Under the pieces are notes generated by a model that searched no databases, was not told where the DNA came from, and saw only the letters and a list, made by a program, of their open reading frames with translations. A stretch of 17,277 bases of DNA from Nitrospinales bacterium (lineage in GTDB: Bacteria; Nitrospinota; Nitrospinia; Nitrospinales; VA-1), in assembly GCA_965223345.1 (NCBI GenBank), contig CBDCWG010000005.1, positions 1-17,277 on the forward strand. The letters are read 5' to 3'. The position numbers were made by a program, and so were the translations under genes. This document shows, piece after piece, positions 7,072 to 15,345 of the stretch. How positions within the stretch are numbered: position 1 is the first letter of the stretch; every line of letters begins with the position of its first letter.

Positions 7072-7330
7072 ACTGTAAAATATTGAATTTTAAAGGGTTA
7101 TTTCGATAAGGGTGGGTTTTTCGGGGGTGGTGATTATCGCCAATTCATACAATTTGGGGTAAAATATGACAATTTTGGGCACAATTGAGGGGCCACAGAG
7201 GGCCCGATTTTGTGGCCTCACGGTTGATTTTTTGCGGGATAATGGGAGAGAAGCGGGGCTTGATTACCGGAAAGATTCGGCTGGGGCGGGCAGACGCACT
7301 TCAGCCGGCAACGCGCACAGGAGAAAAAAC

Positions 7331-7546
7331 ATGACAAAACAGGCGATCACCGTGAACGGCATGAGCTGCGGCCATTGCGTGGAGACGATCAACAAGGCGG
7401 TGGGGGCGCTGCCGGGCGTGCAGGCCGTGAGCGTGGAACTGGAGCAGAAGCGGGTGTCCGTGGAATACGACGCAGCGGCCACGGGACTGGAAGAAATATC
7501 CGACGCCATCGCAAAAGCAGGTTTTGAGGTGGAAGGGCAGGGCTAG
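7331..7546 (+). CDS. copZ: Copper chaperone CopZ (HMA domain)
   Basis: GMSCGHCV metal-binding motif and AIAKAGFEV; 71 aa. RBS AGGAGA at ~7319 supports ATG 7331 rather than 7166. Confidence 0.92.
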   Translation: MTKQAITVNGMSCGHCVETINKAVGALPGVQAVSVELEQKRVSVEYDAAATGLEEISDAIAKAGFEVEGQG

Positions 7547-7595
7547 TCCAACACGCGGGAACTCACTCTACCCTGGCTCTGCTTGCGGACCGGAT

Positions 7596-8078
7596 TCACA
7601 CCAGCGCCGGGCGGGTGTCGAAATCGAGGTCTTCGCGATTGGGTTTGGGCGTGGGTTCGTTGCACAATCCGCCGCAGTCGGCGCCGCCGGAACTCACCGG
7701 GGATTCGCCGAACGTTTCCAGAAACAGGGCGTCGGTTTCGTCGAAGGCGTCCTGCATGTTCCTGCGATCCGCTTCGCCGCGCAGGCCGAAGTAGGGGAAG
7801 TGGTGGAAATACCGTCCGAACAGGTTCTCGCAGTCGGCCATGTACTTTTTGCTGTCGAGGATGTGGGTGTGCCAGAACGTGTCGATGTCCTTGCTGGGCA
7901 CCAGGGTTTTGTCCGGATGGACGCGCACGAGGTAGAGAAACCGGCGGTACCAGGTTTCCAGCATCTCCGCTTTCTCGGCGGACCAGCCGGGACCGGCCTC
8001 TCCCTTGATCAGCAGATACTTGATCGGCTCCAGATCGAGCCCGCGGTTGAACGCTGCGTATGAAATTTCCGTTTTCAT
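7596..8078 (-). CDS. Glycine-rich-domain-containing (GRDP/DUF1399)-like protein
   Basis: YRRFLYL, PSKDIDTFWHTHILDSKKY..DC...FG.YFHH.P motif. RBS GAAGGG is present. Confidence 0.72.
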   Translation of the reverse strand: MKTEISYAAFNRGLDLEPIKYLLIKGEAGPGWSAEKAEMLETWYRRFLYLVRVHPDKTLVPSKDIDTFWHTHILDSKKYMADCENLFGRYFHHFPYFGLRGEADRRNMQDAFDETDALFLETFGESPVSSGGADCGGLCNEPTPKPNREDLDFDTRPALV

Positions 8079-8111
8079 CGTTTTTTCCCTTCGTGCATGG
8101 TGTCCGCGGTA

Positions 8112-9287
8112 TCAGGACAGCTGTTCCAGTTTGCCTATTTTGGCGCGGACGGTTTTTTCGGAACCGTTGCGGATGATCTTGATGGTCACGACCTTGCCGA
8201 TCTGCGTCTGCGCCACCATCATCTGAAATTTCTTCGAGCCCAGCACCTGCCTGCCGTCGTACTGGACGATGATGTCTCCGCGCAGAATGCCGGCGTCCTT
8301 CGCGGGAGTCTTGTTGTCGACGCCGCTCACCAGCACGCCGTTTTTGACTTTACGCAATTGAAACGAGGTGGCGAGCTCCGGGGTCAGCGACTGGATGCTG
8401 ACGCCGAGCCAGCCGCGTTTGACTTCTCCCTGGTCGATCAGGTCGTTCGCCACATTGAGGGCCATGTCGATGGGGATCGCGAATCCGACGCCGGAGCCGA
8501 TTTCGGCGACGGCGGTGTTGATGCCGATGATGGCGCCTTCCAGGTTGATCAGGGGGCCGCCGCTGTTGCCGGGATTGATGGACGCGTCGGTCTGGATGAA
8601 GTTCTCGAACGTGGTGATGCCGAGGTCGCTGCGTCCCTGGCCGCTGATCACGCCGACCGTCACGGTGCCTTCCAGCCCATAGGGGTTGCCGATGGCCATG
8701 ACCCATTCTCCCACCCTGACGTTACCGGAGGTGGCGAAGACCGGGCTTGCCAGCTTGCGGATCGATGCGATCTTGATCACGGCCAGATCGGTCAGGGGAT
8801 CGATGCCGATGATCCGGGCGTAGTAATCCTTGCCGTTGGACAGCTTGATGAGCAGCCGGGGGACGTCCTTGATGACGTGATGGTTGGTGAGGATGTATCC
8901 CTGCGGGTTGAGCAGGACGCCGGAGCCGACGTTCTCCACGCGGTATTTTTTCTCTCCCACGGTGCGCACCAGCCAGTCCTTGATGAACGCGTACCAGGGC
9001 TTGGATTCGTCCGGGCGGTGCCAGGAGGACTGGCGCACGACCCGGGTGACTTTATTGATGCCCACCACCGAGGGCTTGGTCTGCCTGGCGTTGCGGACGA
9101 ACGCTTCCTGCAGCTGAACGATGTTCTTGTATTCCTGCCGGTCGGCCAGGGGGTGGGCGGTTTCCTGAACGTGGGGCGGCTTCAGCGGGTCGAGCGAGGG
9201 ACGTTCGTCCACGAGCCAGGCGGCCGCCGCCATGAGCGCCAGCACCAGAAGAACCGTCTGATAAAGCCTGTGGTTGTTGGAGGCCAT
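8112..9287 (-). CDS. HtrA/DegQ-family serine protease with a single PDZ domain
   Basis: Catalytic triad TNHHVI / TDLAVIKI / INPGNSGGPL, an N-terminal membrane anchor and one PDZ (RGWLGV...GDII). The AAGGA RBS spacing favours ATG 9287. Confidence 0.93.
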   Translation of the reverse strand: MASNNHRLYQTVLLVLALMAAAAWLVDERPSLDPLKPPHVQETAHPLADRQEYKNIVQLQEAFVRNARQTKPSVVGINKVTRVVRQSSWHRPDESKPWYAFIKDWLVRTVGEKKYRVENVGSGVLLNPQGYILTNHHVIKDVPRLLIKLSNGKDYYARIIGIDPLTDLAVIKIASIRKLASPVFATSGNVRVGEWVMAIGNPYGLEGTVTVGVISGQGRSDLGITTFENFIQTDASINPGNSGGPLINLEGAIIGINTAVAEIGSGVGFAIPIDMALNVANDLIDQGEVKRGWLGVSIQSLTPELATSFQLRKVKNGVLVSGVDNKTPAKDAGILRGDIIVQYDGRQVLGSKKFQMMVAQTQIGKVVTIKIIRNGSEKTVRAKIGKLEQLS

Positions 9288-9321
9288 GGACATTCCTTTA
9301 TCGTTCGCCGGTCCCCAGTGT

Positions 9322-10053
9322 TTACTTTTGATCCTTCATGAATCCCTGATACAGCGTGACGATTCCCAGTGTCAGGTCCTGATGGGTGACGGAATCGAAT
9401 CCCGCATCCCGCATGATGCCCGCGAATTCCGCTCGCATCGGAAAACGCGACACCGACTGCGGCAGGTACGCGTAGGCGTTTTTGTGGCGCGAAATCCACC
9501 GGCCGATGCGGGGCAGCACCGATTGAAAATACAGTTTGTAGCCCCAACCTAGAAGCGGCTGCGACGGATGGGAAAATTCCAGGATCACCGCCCGTCCGCC
9601 CGGTTTCAGCACCCGCGCCATCTCGCTAAGGCCGCGCGCCGGATTGGAGAAATTGCGGATGCCGAACGCGCAGACCAGACCGTCGAAACTGGCCGGGGCG
9701 AAGGGGAGATTTTCCCCGCAGCCCTTCTGCAGCGCGATCGAACCGCCGAGGCCGCGCCTGCGGATCTTGCGGGCGCCGCGCTCGAGCATGGGAGCGCTGA
9801 AATCGATGCCCGAAACCTGAACGTGCCCGTTCAGGCGCGAGGCGATTTCCAGGGCCATGTCCGCGGTGCCGGTGGCCACATCGAGAAAGCGCTCTCCTTT
9901 TCGGGGAGACAGCCGGTCCACCGCCGTTTTTCTCCAATAGCGGTCCCGGCCCGCGCTGAGCAGCGCGTTGAGCAGATCGTACCGGGGCGCGACGGCGCCG
10001 AACATGGTTTGAACCTGCCGCGAAAATACGGCCGGATCGCCTGAAGTCTGCAT
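9322..10053 (-). CDS. ubiE: Demethylmenaquinone / ubiquinone C-methyltransferase UbiE/MenG
   Basis: MFGAVAPRYDLLN.LLS.G.D..WR, LDVATGTAD, FGIRNF, RVLKPGG and YAYLPQSV motifs. Confidence 0.92.
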   Translation of the reverse strand: MQTSGDPAVFSRQVQTMFGAVAPRYDLLNALLSAGRDRYWRKTAVDRLSPRKGERFLDVATGTADMALEIASRLNGHVQVSGIDFSAPMLERGARKIRRRGLGGSIALQKGCGENLPFAPASFDGLVCAFGIRNFSNPARGLSEMARVLKPGGRAVILEFSHPSQPLLGWGYKLYFQSVLPRIGRWISRHKNAYAYLPQSVSRFPMRAEFAGIMRDAGFDSVTHQDLTLGIVTLYQGFMKDQK

Positions 10054-10146
10054 GGTTTCGCGACGCCCCGAAGGAGCCCACTCGTTCTGTATGCCGCTCA
10101 CGCCTGCAAAGTCAACGCTGTGAACGGACCGGGATGCAATGCTCGA

Positions 10147-10175
10147 ATTCTACCACCGGAGAACATGGGGGACAA
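10147..10175 (-). promoter_or_regulatory. Sigma70 promoter for the ubiE-htrA-GRDP operon
   Basis: Minus strand TTGTCC-N17-TAGAAT with an extended -10 TG. Confidence 0.6.
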
Positions 10176-10212
10176 GCGGGTTTCGGCAACGGGTCCGCCG
10201 AACCGGGACGCC

Positions 10213-10241
10213 TTGATATTCTGAATGCGGAAGAGTAGAAT
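10213..10241 (+). promoter_or_regulatory. Sigma70 promoter for the DJ-1 gene
   Basis: TTGATA-N17-TAGAAT, 30 nt upstream of ATG 10272. Confidence 0.65.
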
Positions 10242-10271
10242 TTTCGTTATTGAACATCGTGAGGGCAGGGC

Positions 10272-10820
10272 ATGAAAAAAGTACTGGTGGCGCTGGCTCC
10301 CGGTTTCGAAGAGATCGAGACCGTGACCGTGGTGGACATTCTTCGGCGTTCGGGAGCGCGGGTGACGCTTGCGGGAACGGCGGAAGGCCCGCTGGAGGGG
10401 TCGCGCGGTATCCGCATCGATCCCGATTGCCTGCTGGATGGGCTGAGCGCGGATGAGTTCGATCTGGTGGTGCTGCCGGGCGGGCAGCCGGGAACCGACA
10501 ACCTGAACGCCAACGTCGGCCTGCAGGAAATCCTCAAGCGCATGCATGCGGATGGAAAGCCCATTGCGGCGATCTGCGCCGCGCCCACGGTGCTGCACGG
10601 GCTGGGCCTGCTGCACAACAAGACCGCGACCAGCCACCCGTCGGTGAAGGACAAGCTCAACGGCACCCGGTATTCCGAAAACCGGGTGGAGGTGGACGGC
10701 AATATCGTCACCAGCCGCAGCCCGGGGACGGCGATGGAGTTCGCCATGAAGCTGGTGGCCATTCTGTACGGCGAGGACAGGGTCGAAACGGTGAACAAGG
10801 GCGTGCTCGCCCGGATTTGA
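10272..10820 (+). CDS. yajL: DJ-1/PfpI family YajL/ThiJ deglycase / glyoxalase III
   Basis: GFEEIE, LPGG.PG, nucleophile in AAICAAP, TSRSPGTAMEFA. Confidence 0.9.
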   Translation: MKKVLVALAPGFEEIETVTVVDILRRSGARVTLAGTAEGPLEGSRGIRIDPDCLLDGLSADEFDLVVLPGGQPGTDNLNANVGLQEILKRMHADGKPIAAICAAPTVLHGLGLLHNKTATSHPSVKDKLNGTRYSENRVEVDGNIVTSRSPGTAMEFAMKLVAILYGEDRVETVNKGVLARI

Positions 10821-11093
10821 TTCCGGGGGGCCGGATTAAAGTCCGGCATGGGTTTTCCGACAAGGATACTGCGGAAAGAAAACAAATATTTCTGGTAAAT
10901 ATTATCGAGATCCTGTATAAATTGTTGAATTTTAATTGGCAATTTCAGCGGCGCCGCAGATTTCCGGTGCGCTGAAAAAAAGTTCTCCGATTCGGTGGAA
11001 CCTTTCCAGCCGAAATACATCCTAAAACTCAAGAAAACACCCGAAGCGTGATCAGGGCCGTATCTTGTAAGCGTTTTTGAGGAGGTTTTGAGA

Positions 11094-11327
11094 ATGTATG
11101 TCAATGTTTCCCGCAGCAAACTTCTGATCAACAATCGGCGACCGCCGAAAAAAAAGAAAAAGGCCGCCGAGCCTTCCATTCGCTGCAACCACTGTGGCGG
11201 GCCGATCCGCCCCGACGGTGAGTTTTTCAATTGCCTGATGTGCTCGCGCGAGCAGAATCATATCTGCTCCACCTGCGCGCACGTTCGCAGTACGGAGGTG
11301 GCGGGAAAAGATAAAAAGAGCGCCTGA
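11094..11327 (+). CDS. Small basic Cys-rich (zinc-ribbon-like) protein, 77 aa
   Basis: GGAGG RBS 8 nt before ATG 11094. CNHC-x12-CLMC-x7-CSTCAH and a polybasic RRPPKKKKK segment. Confidence 0.75.
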   Translation: MYVNVSRSKLLINNRRPPKKKKKAAEPSIRCNHCGGPIRPDGEFFNCLMCSREQNHICSTCAHVRSTEVAGKDKKSA

Positions 11328-11340
11328 AGTCCGGGCGCTC
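11313..11340 (-). terminator. Intrinsic terminator (asnB direction, possibly bidirectional)
   Basis: GAGCGCC/GGCGCTC stem followed by TTTTT on the minus strand. CTTTTT lies shortly after it on the + strand. Confidence 0.5.
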
Positions 11341-11420
11341 GCCCTTTTTGCATTCCATCCAAAGGTTCCAGCCATTCGCCCATTCGGGCTATCCAAGTCA
11401 GACTTCGTTCCGTTTTTTTT

Positions 11421-13322
11421 CTATCCGCTTAAATTCAAGCCGATCCATTTTTTCAGAATGTAGAGCGCCCACGGGCGCGACCAGGCGATGCGTTTTGCCA
11501 TGAAGTCGTTCCAGACTTTTTCGACGGCCGCGTCGGACACGAAACCGGTCAGAGGCGGCACCGGAGTCCGCAGGACGGATTCGATTTCCGGCTTCAACGC
11601 GCCGCGCATCCAGTGCTCGAAGGGCAGGGTGAACCCCATTTTTTCCCGCCGCACGATTTCCTCCGGCAGTCCGTTTTGGACCGATTGGGCCAACAGGTGT
11701 TTCGGCGTCGCGCTTTTAAATTTCAGCGCAGCGGGCAGGGAAAACACGCTCTCAACCAGTTCGTGGTCGATCAGCGGAACGCGGATCTCCAGGCCATGCG
11801 CCATGCCCATCGCGTCGGCATCTCGAAGAAGTGTGTTGGGCAGGTAGTGCGTCAGTTCCAGATAGGAAATCTGATCCCGCTCGTCGAGCGCGCGGATCGT
11901 TCCCATCGCGGTGGCGGAGGCAGCGCGGTGCCTGGCGATTTCCCGATGCAAAGCTTCCGGGTCCGTGAACAGGCGCGCGAGGTCGTCCTCGCAGAACAGC
12001 GCCCGGATCAGATAATAATACGGATGGGTGCCGCCGGTCTGGCCGCACAGCAGGTGCGCGAGCTTGGACGCCTTGCTGCCGGTGCGGCTCAAACGCTTGA
12101 TCGCGGTTCCCATAAGCCGCGGAATAGAAGAGGGCAGGGGGGCGAGAAAAGAATGTAAGCGGGAAAACTTCGGCACCAGCTGGAACGCCTCGTAGCCGCC
12201 GAACAGCTCATCTCCGCCGATGCCCGAAAGGGCGGCTTTCCATCCCCTCTGTTTCGCGCAGCGGGCGATCAGCCAGGTGTTGATGCCATCGACGGAAGGC
12301 TGGTCCATCGCCGCGACAGCATGAGGCAGGGCGTCGAGAAGGTCGTCTTGCGTCAGGGGCAGGGCGTGGTGATCGGTGCCGTAGCGTTCGGCGATGAGGT
12401 TGGAGTAGCGGGATTCGTCGAACTCCTTTTCGTCGTACACGACGGACAGGGTCTGCAAGGGATTGGGTGACTGCGAAGCGGCGTGCGCGACGACGGCGCT
12501 GGAATCGATGCCGCCGCTCAGAAACGCACCCAGCGGCGCGTCGCTGATCAGCCGGTAGCGTAGGGAAGTCTCAAGTTTTTCCCGCACGGTTTGCTGCGCG
12601 TCGCCGCTTGCAGGTTGCTCTGAGCGGGGAGGGGACCAGTAGCGCCGCGTTTCGATTTTGCCGCCGGCGGAGACGGAAAGCCAGTGGCCGGGAGGCAGTT
12701 CGCGGATGGAACCGATGAGCGTTTCGGGAGAGGACAGGCTGCCGAAGCTCAGATAGTGAAACAGTCCGGCCGGGTTGAGGGCGCGGTCCGGGATTTCCGA
12801 AGCGAGCAGGGCGCGCAGTTCCGAGGCGAAGAGGAAACCGTTTTCGTTGTGGAAATAGTAGAGCGGCTTGATGCCGAGCCGGTCGCGCGCCAGGAAGAGG
12901 GCGTTACGGTTGGTGTCCCAGATGGCGAAGGCGAACAGGCCGCGCAGGCGCTCAAGGCAGTCGATGCCCCATTCTTCGTAGGCCTTGAGCAGCACTTCGG
13001 TGTCGGAGTGGGAGGCGAAGCGGTATTTTGCGGCCAGCTCGTCGCGCAGTTCGCGGTAGTTGTAGATTTCGCTGTTGGTGGAAATCCACAGCGTCTGTGC
13101 GTCGTTGGCCATGGGCTGGTGGCCGCCGGGCGTGAGGTCGATGATGGACAGGCGCTGGTGGCCCAGGTGCAGGGCGTGGCCGCCGGGGACGGGCAGGTTC
13201 ACCTCGCCGCGGTCGTCGGGACCGCGGTGCTGCATGCGGTCGAGCATGTGGCGCAGGCTGCGGCCGAGGTGATCGCCAAGACGGCCTTCACTGAAGTCGA
13301 AAATTCCGGCGATGCCGCACAT
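11421..13322 (-). CDS. asnB: Asparagine synthase (glutamine-hydrolysing) family amidotransferase
   Basis: N-terminal MCGIAG (Ntn Cys), HRGPDD, RLSIIDL, SDTEV, RDRLGIKPLYY, LSGGIDSS, SGIGGDELFGGY, LEIRVPLID and KMGF motifs. Confidence 0.93.
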   Translation of the reverse strand: MCGIAGIFDFSEGRLGDHLGRSLRHMLDRMQHRGPDDRGEVNLPVPGGHALHLGHQRLSIIDLTPGGHQPMANDAQTLWISTNSEIYNYRELRDELAAKYRFASHSDTEVLLKAYEEWGIDCLERLRGLFAFAIWDTNRNALFLARDRLGIKPLYYFHNENGFLFASELRALLASEIPDRALNPAGLFHYLSFGSLSSPETLIGSIRELPPGHWLSVSAGGKIETRRYWSPPRSEQPASGDAQQTVREKLETSLRYRLISDAPLGAFLSGGIDSSAVVAHAASQSPNPLQTLSVVYDEKEFDESRYSNLIAERYGTDHHALPLTQDDLLDALPHAVAAMDQPSVDGINTWLIARCAKQRGWKAALSGIGGDELFGGYEAFQLVPKFSRLHSFLAPLPSSIPRLMGTAIKRLSRTGSKASKLAHLLCGQTGGTHPYYYLIRALFCEDDLARLFTDPEALHREIARHRAASATAMGTIRALDERDQISYLELTHYLPNTLLRDADAMGMAHGLEIRVPLIDHELVESVFSLPAALKFKSATPKHLLAQSVQNGLPEEIVRREKMGFTLPFEHWMRGALKPEIESVLRTPVPPLTGFVSDAAVEKVWNDFMAKRIAWSRPWALYILKKWIGLNLSG

Positions 13323-13381
13323 GGTTCAAAAGATCAGACAGGATTTAGATGGAAAGAATGGAAGAGAAAAAAAGAATTAAT

Positions 13382-13407
13382 ACCGCAAAGACGCAGAGGA
13401 CGCAAAG
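13382..13407 (+). repeat. Short tandem ACGCA(A/G)AG repeat at the left edge of the islet
   Basis: ACCGCAAAG-ACGCAGAGG-ACGCAAAG, three 8-9-nt units. Confidence 0.55.
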
Positions 13408-13446
13408 GAAAACCTGATAAGGAAAGGAAGGATATTGAGTTTTAGC

Positions 13447-13707
13447 TTATTCAAGCAAAGTCCAGGTTTTGACATTATGAAAAATATATCTAAATGCAAA
13501 TGATACAAGGCATAATCCAAAGAGATAATTACATATTTTCAGGACGTTTTGACCAAAATAATTTTTAATAAAATAGGCTCCAGCCATCAAAAAGGTATCG
13601 GGAGGATCTACATAAGATTTCTGATTATTCCAGGTTCCATAAATATAATTAAATGCAACATAAAACGATCCGATGAAAACCAACAGGTCCAGGAGGATTT
13701 TCCACAT
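13447..13707 (-). CDS. Small AT-rich hypothetical membrane protein
   Basis: 86-aa ORF with two hydrophobic segments. Strongly AT-rich relative to the flanks, with no clear RBS. Confidence 0.5.
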   Translation of the reverse strand: MWKILLDLLVFIGSFYVAFNYIYGTWNNQKSYVDPPDTFLMAGAYFIKNYFGQNVLKICNYLFGLCLVSFAFRYIFHNVKTWTLLE

Positions 13708-13724
13708 AGTATTTTGAAGAATGT

Positions 13725-14134
13725 TTATAAGCCTACATCCGACCAGACGGCGAACTCGTTGCCGTTGGGGTCACAAAAATGGACGTCGAGCCAAGCTCGA
13801 CACCCGCTTATTAGTAAAAAATAGAGGTGGCTTGCCGCCGTCCGCCGGGAAAGGAGAAGGTGGGTTTGACGATGGTGCCGCCCGCATCCTCGATTCTGGC
13901 CTGAGTCTGTTCCAGTTCCTTGCTGTAAAAGACGATGAGGGCGGCGCCGTTTTTCGTGGACGCAGACAGATCGGACTTGAAAAAACCGCCTTCGAGACCG
14001 GCGTTGGAAAAGGCGGTGTACTCCGGCCCGTAACCCTGAAACGACCAGCCGAACACTTTTGGGAAAAAGGCCTTGGCGGCTTTAAGGTCTTTCGCAGGAA
14101 ACTCTACGTAATTGATATTTTCGTGTGGGTTCAT
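13725..14134 (-). pseudogene. VOC/glyoxalase-family gene interrupted by a ~50-bp insertion
   Basis: The N-part INYVEFPAKDL...FGWSF..YGPEY...FSFPGGRR stops prematurely at 13811. The expected C-terminus HFCDPNGNEFAVWSDVGL* resumes in another frame at 13781-13725. Confidence 0.88.
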
Positions 14135-15061
14135 TCGTTATTAGTAACAAGGTTGAGTAACAATACTAAGTGATTCAAAGCTATATCTACTTTATCTCTT
14201 TCTTCTTCAAAACGTTTTGACAATGGTTCTATTGGAGGGACTTTGATAGAAATAGCAACAGATTTACCAGCTAATCCAATTGATGCATTTTCCGGAAGGA
14301 TAGGATTGTATTTTGTTTCTAGTTTTTCGAATTCCTCGGATAGACCCTTAAAAAAAATCTTAACAAGACCTTTTGTGAGTTGATGGACTAAGTTGATCCC
14401 TTTGTCATTTAGATTTGGTGGGTAAAACATAATCCATGTACTTCCTGCGGGGCGTGGTTTGGCCTTTTGCATATAAAGCTGAGGGTAATTATCTGCAGCA
14501 TACTTGTAATAGTCTGCTACAAAATTTGTCATTGCATCGTTATACTCAGGCTGGTAACCCCTTCGGTTTTGCTCAATTCCTTCAAGTAGAATTCGGGCTT
14601 TGTATGAGAACCGTTCGCCAAGTGGGCGACGTGATTGAAAGTAAGCCAATATTTCCTCATAACTGACTTCGATGTCATAGCTTTCTGAATTTTTAGACGA
14701 TGACAGGTATTTGTTGGGTGCTATTATGCAAGTTTTGAAATTTTCCCAATATCCATCTTTTTGTCCCTTTTCGCCACGGAAGCGGTAACGATTCCCCTGT
14801 TCAGGTTGTGGGGAAGCATTTATTTTATTTTCAATATGGATTACTGTGCGTGGACCGTCTATTGCTTCGAATAGGAATACCAAGTCTGATTCTCCAAGAT
14901 CTAAATAAGAAAGTGAATGCCATGAACCAATTTTTGATTGATAAATTGGTTCACCGAAAACACGAGAAGAGAACCACTCGCGAAATTCCTCACTCACTGA
15001 AAGTTCTTCCAAAATTAATAGATCAACCTGCGATTGAGGCAATAAATTTTGTTTCAAGCAT
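14131..15061 (-). CDS. PD-(D/E)XK superfamily nuclease (possibly frameshifted near the 5' end)
   Basis: GESDLVFLF...VIHIENKI.A..QPEQ..RY fits a D...E-x-K nuclease core. AT-rich. The long frame starts only at TTG 15057, and an out-of-frame ATG lies at 15061. Confidence 0.7.
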
Positions 15062-15271
15062 GGCTCTTAAGACGTAGTTTAGAAAATCGAATCCACAACT
15101 TCCTATAATCGATATTATGTCAACTAGCGGAGATCGGGATTCCGGCCTCCTGAGAGGCGATTTGAGGCTGTTTTTCAGGTAGATCCAGGGTTTCCCCTTT
15201 GGCGCTCGGAATCTGGGGATGCGATCTAAAGTAAGCCGAGAGTCTTTGGGGGATTCGGCTTATGTTTCGAC

Positions 15272-15294
15272 CGTCCTTCGACAGGCTCAGGACG
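15272..15294. repeat. REP/MITE-like palindromic unit CGTCCTTCGACAGGCTCAGGACG
   Basis: CGTCCT/AGGACG stem enclosing TCGACAGGCTC. Resembles the widespread 'CCTTCGACAGGCTCAGG' interspersed repeat (recalled, not searched). Confidence 0.6.
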
Positions 15295-15345
15295 ACAAAG
15301 AACCGCAGGTCGTCATTGAGGTCCAATGGCCTCCCGGCGAGGTTT

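Noticed and set aside
7166..7330. N-terminal extension of copZ, and likewise 455-544 for the VOC gene
   Set aside because: The RBS or stop-start overlap and the family length support the downstream ATG starts.
8097..9341. 414-aa + strand ORF
   Set aside because: Antisense shadow of htrA caused by high-GC codon bias; no recognisable motifs.
10247..11230. 327-aa minus-strand ORF
   Set aside because: Overlaps yajL and the Cys-rich gene in antisense; composition is not protein-like.
13330..15300. Integron cassette array or CRISPR array
   Set aside because: No attC-type RYYYAAC...GTTRRRY palindromes, no integrase and no regularly spaced repeats were found.
15120..15326. 68-aa ORF containing VVLSLSKDG
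   Set aside because: It is a translation of the palindromic repeat, not a credible gene.
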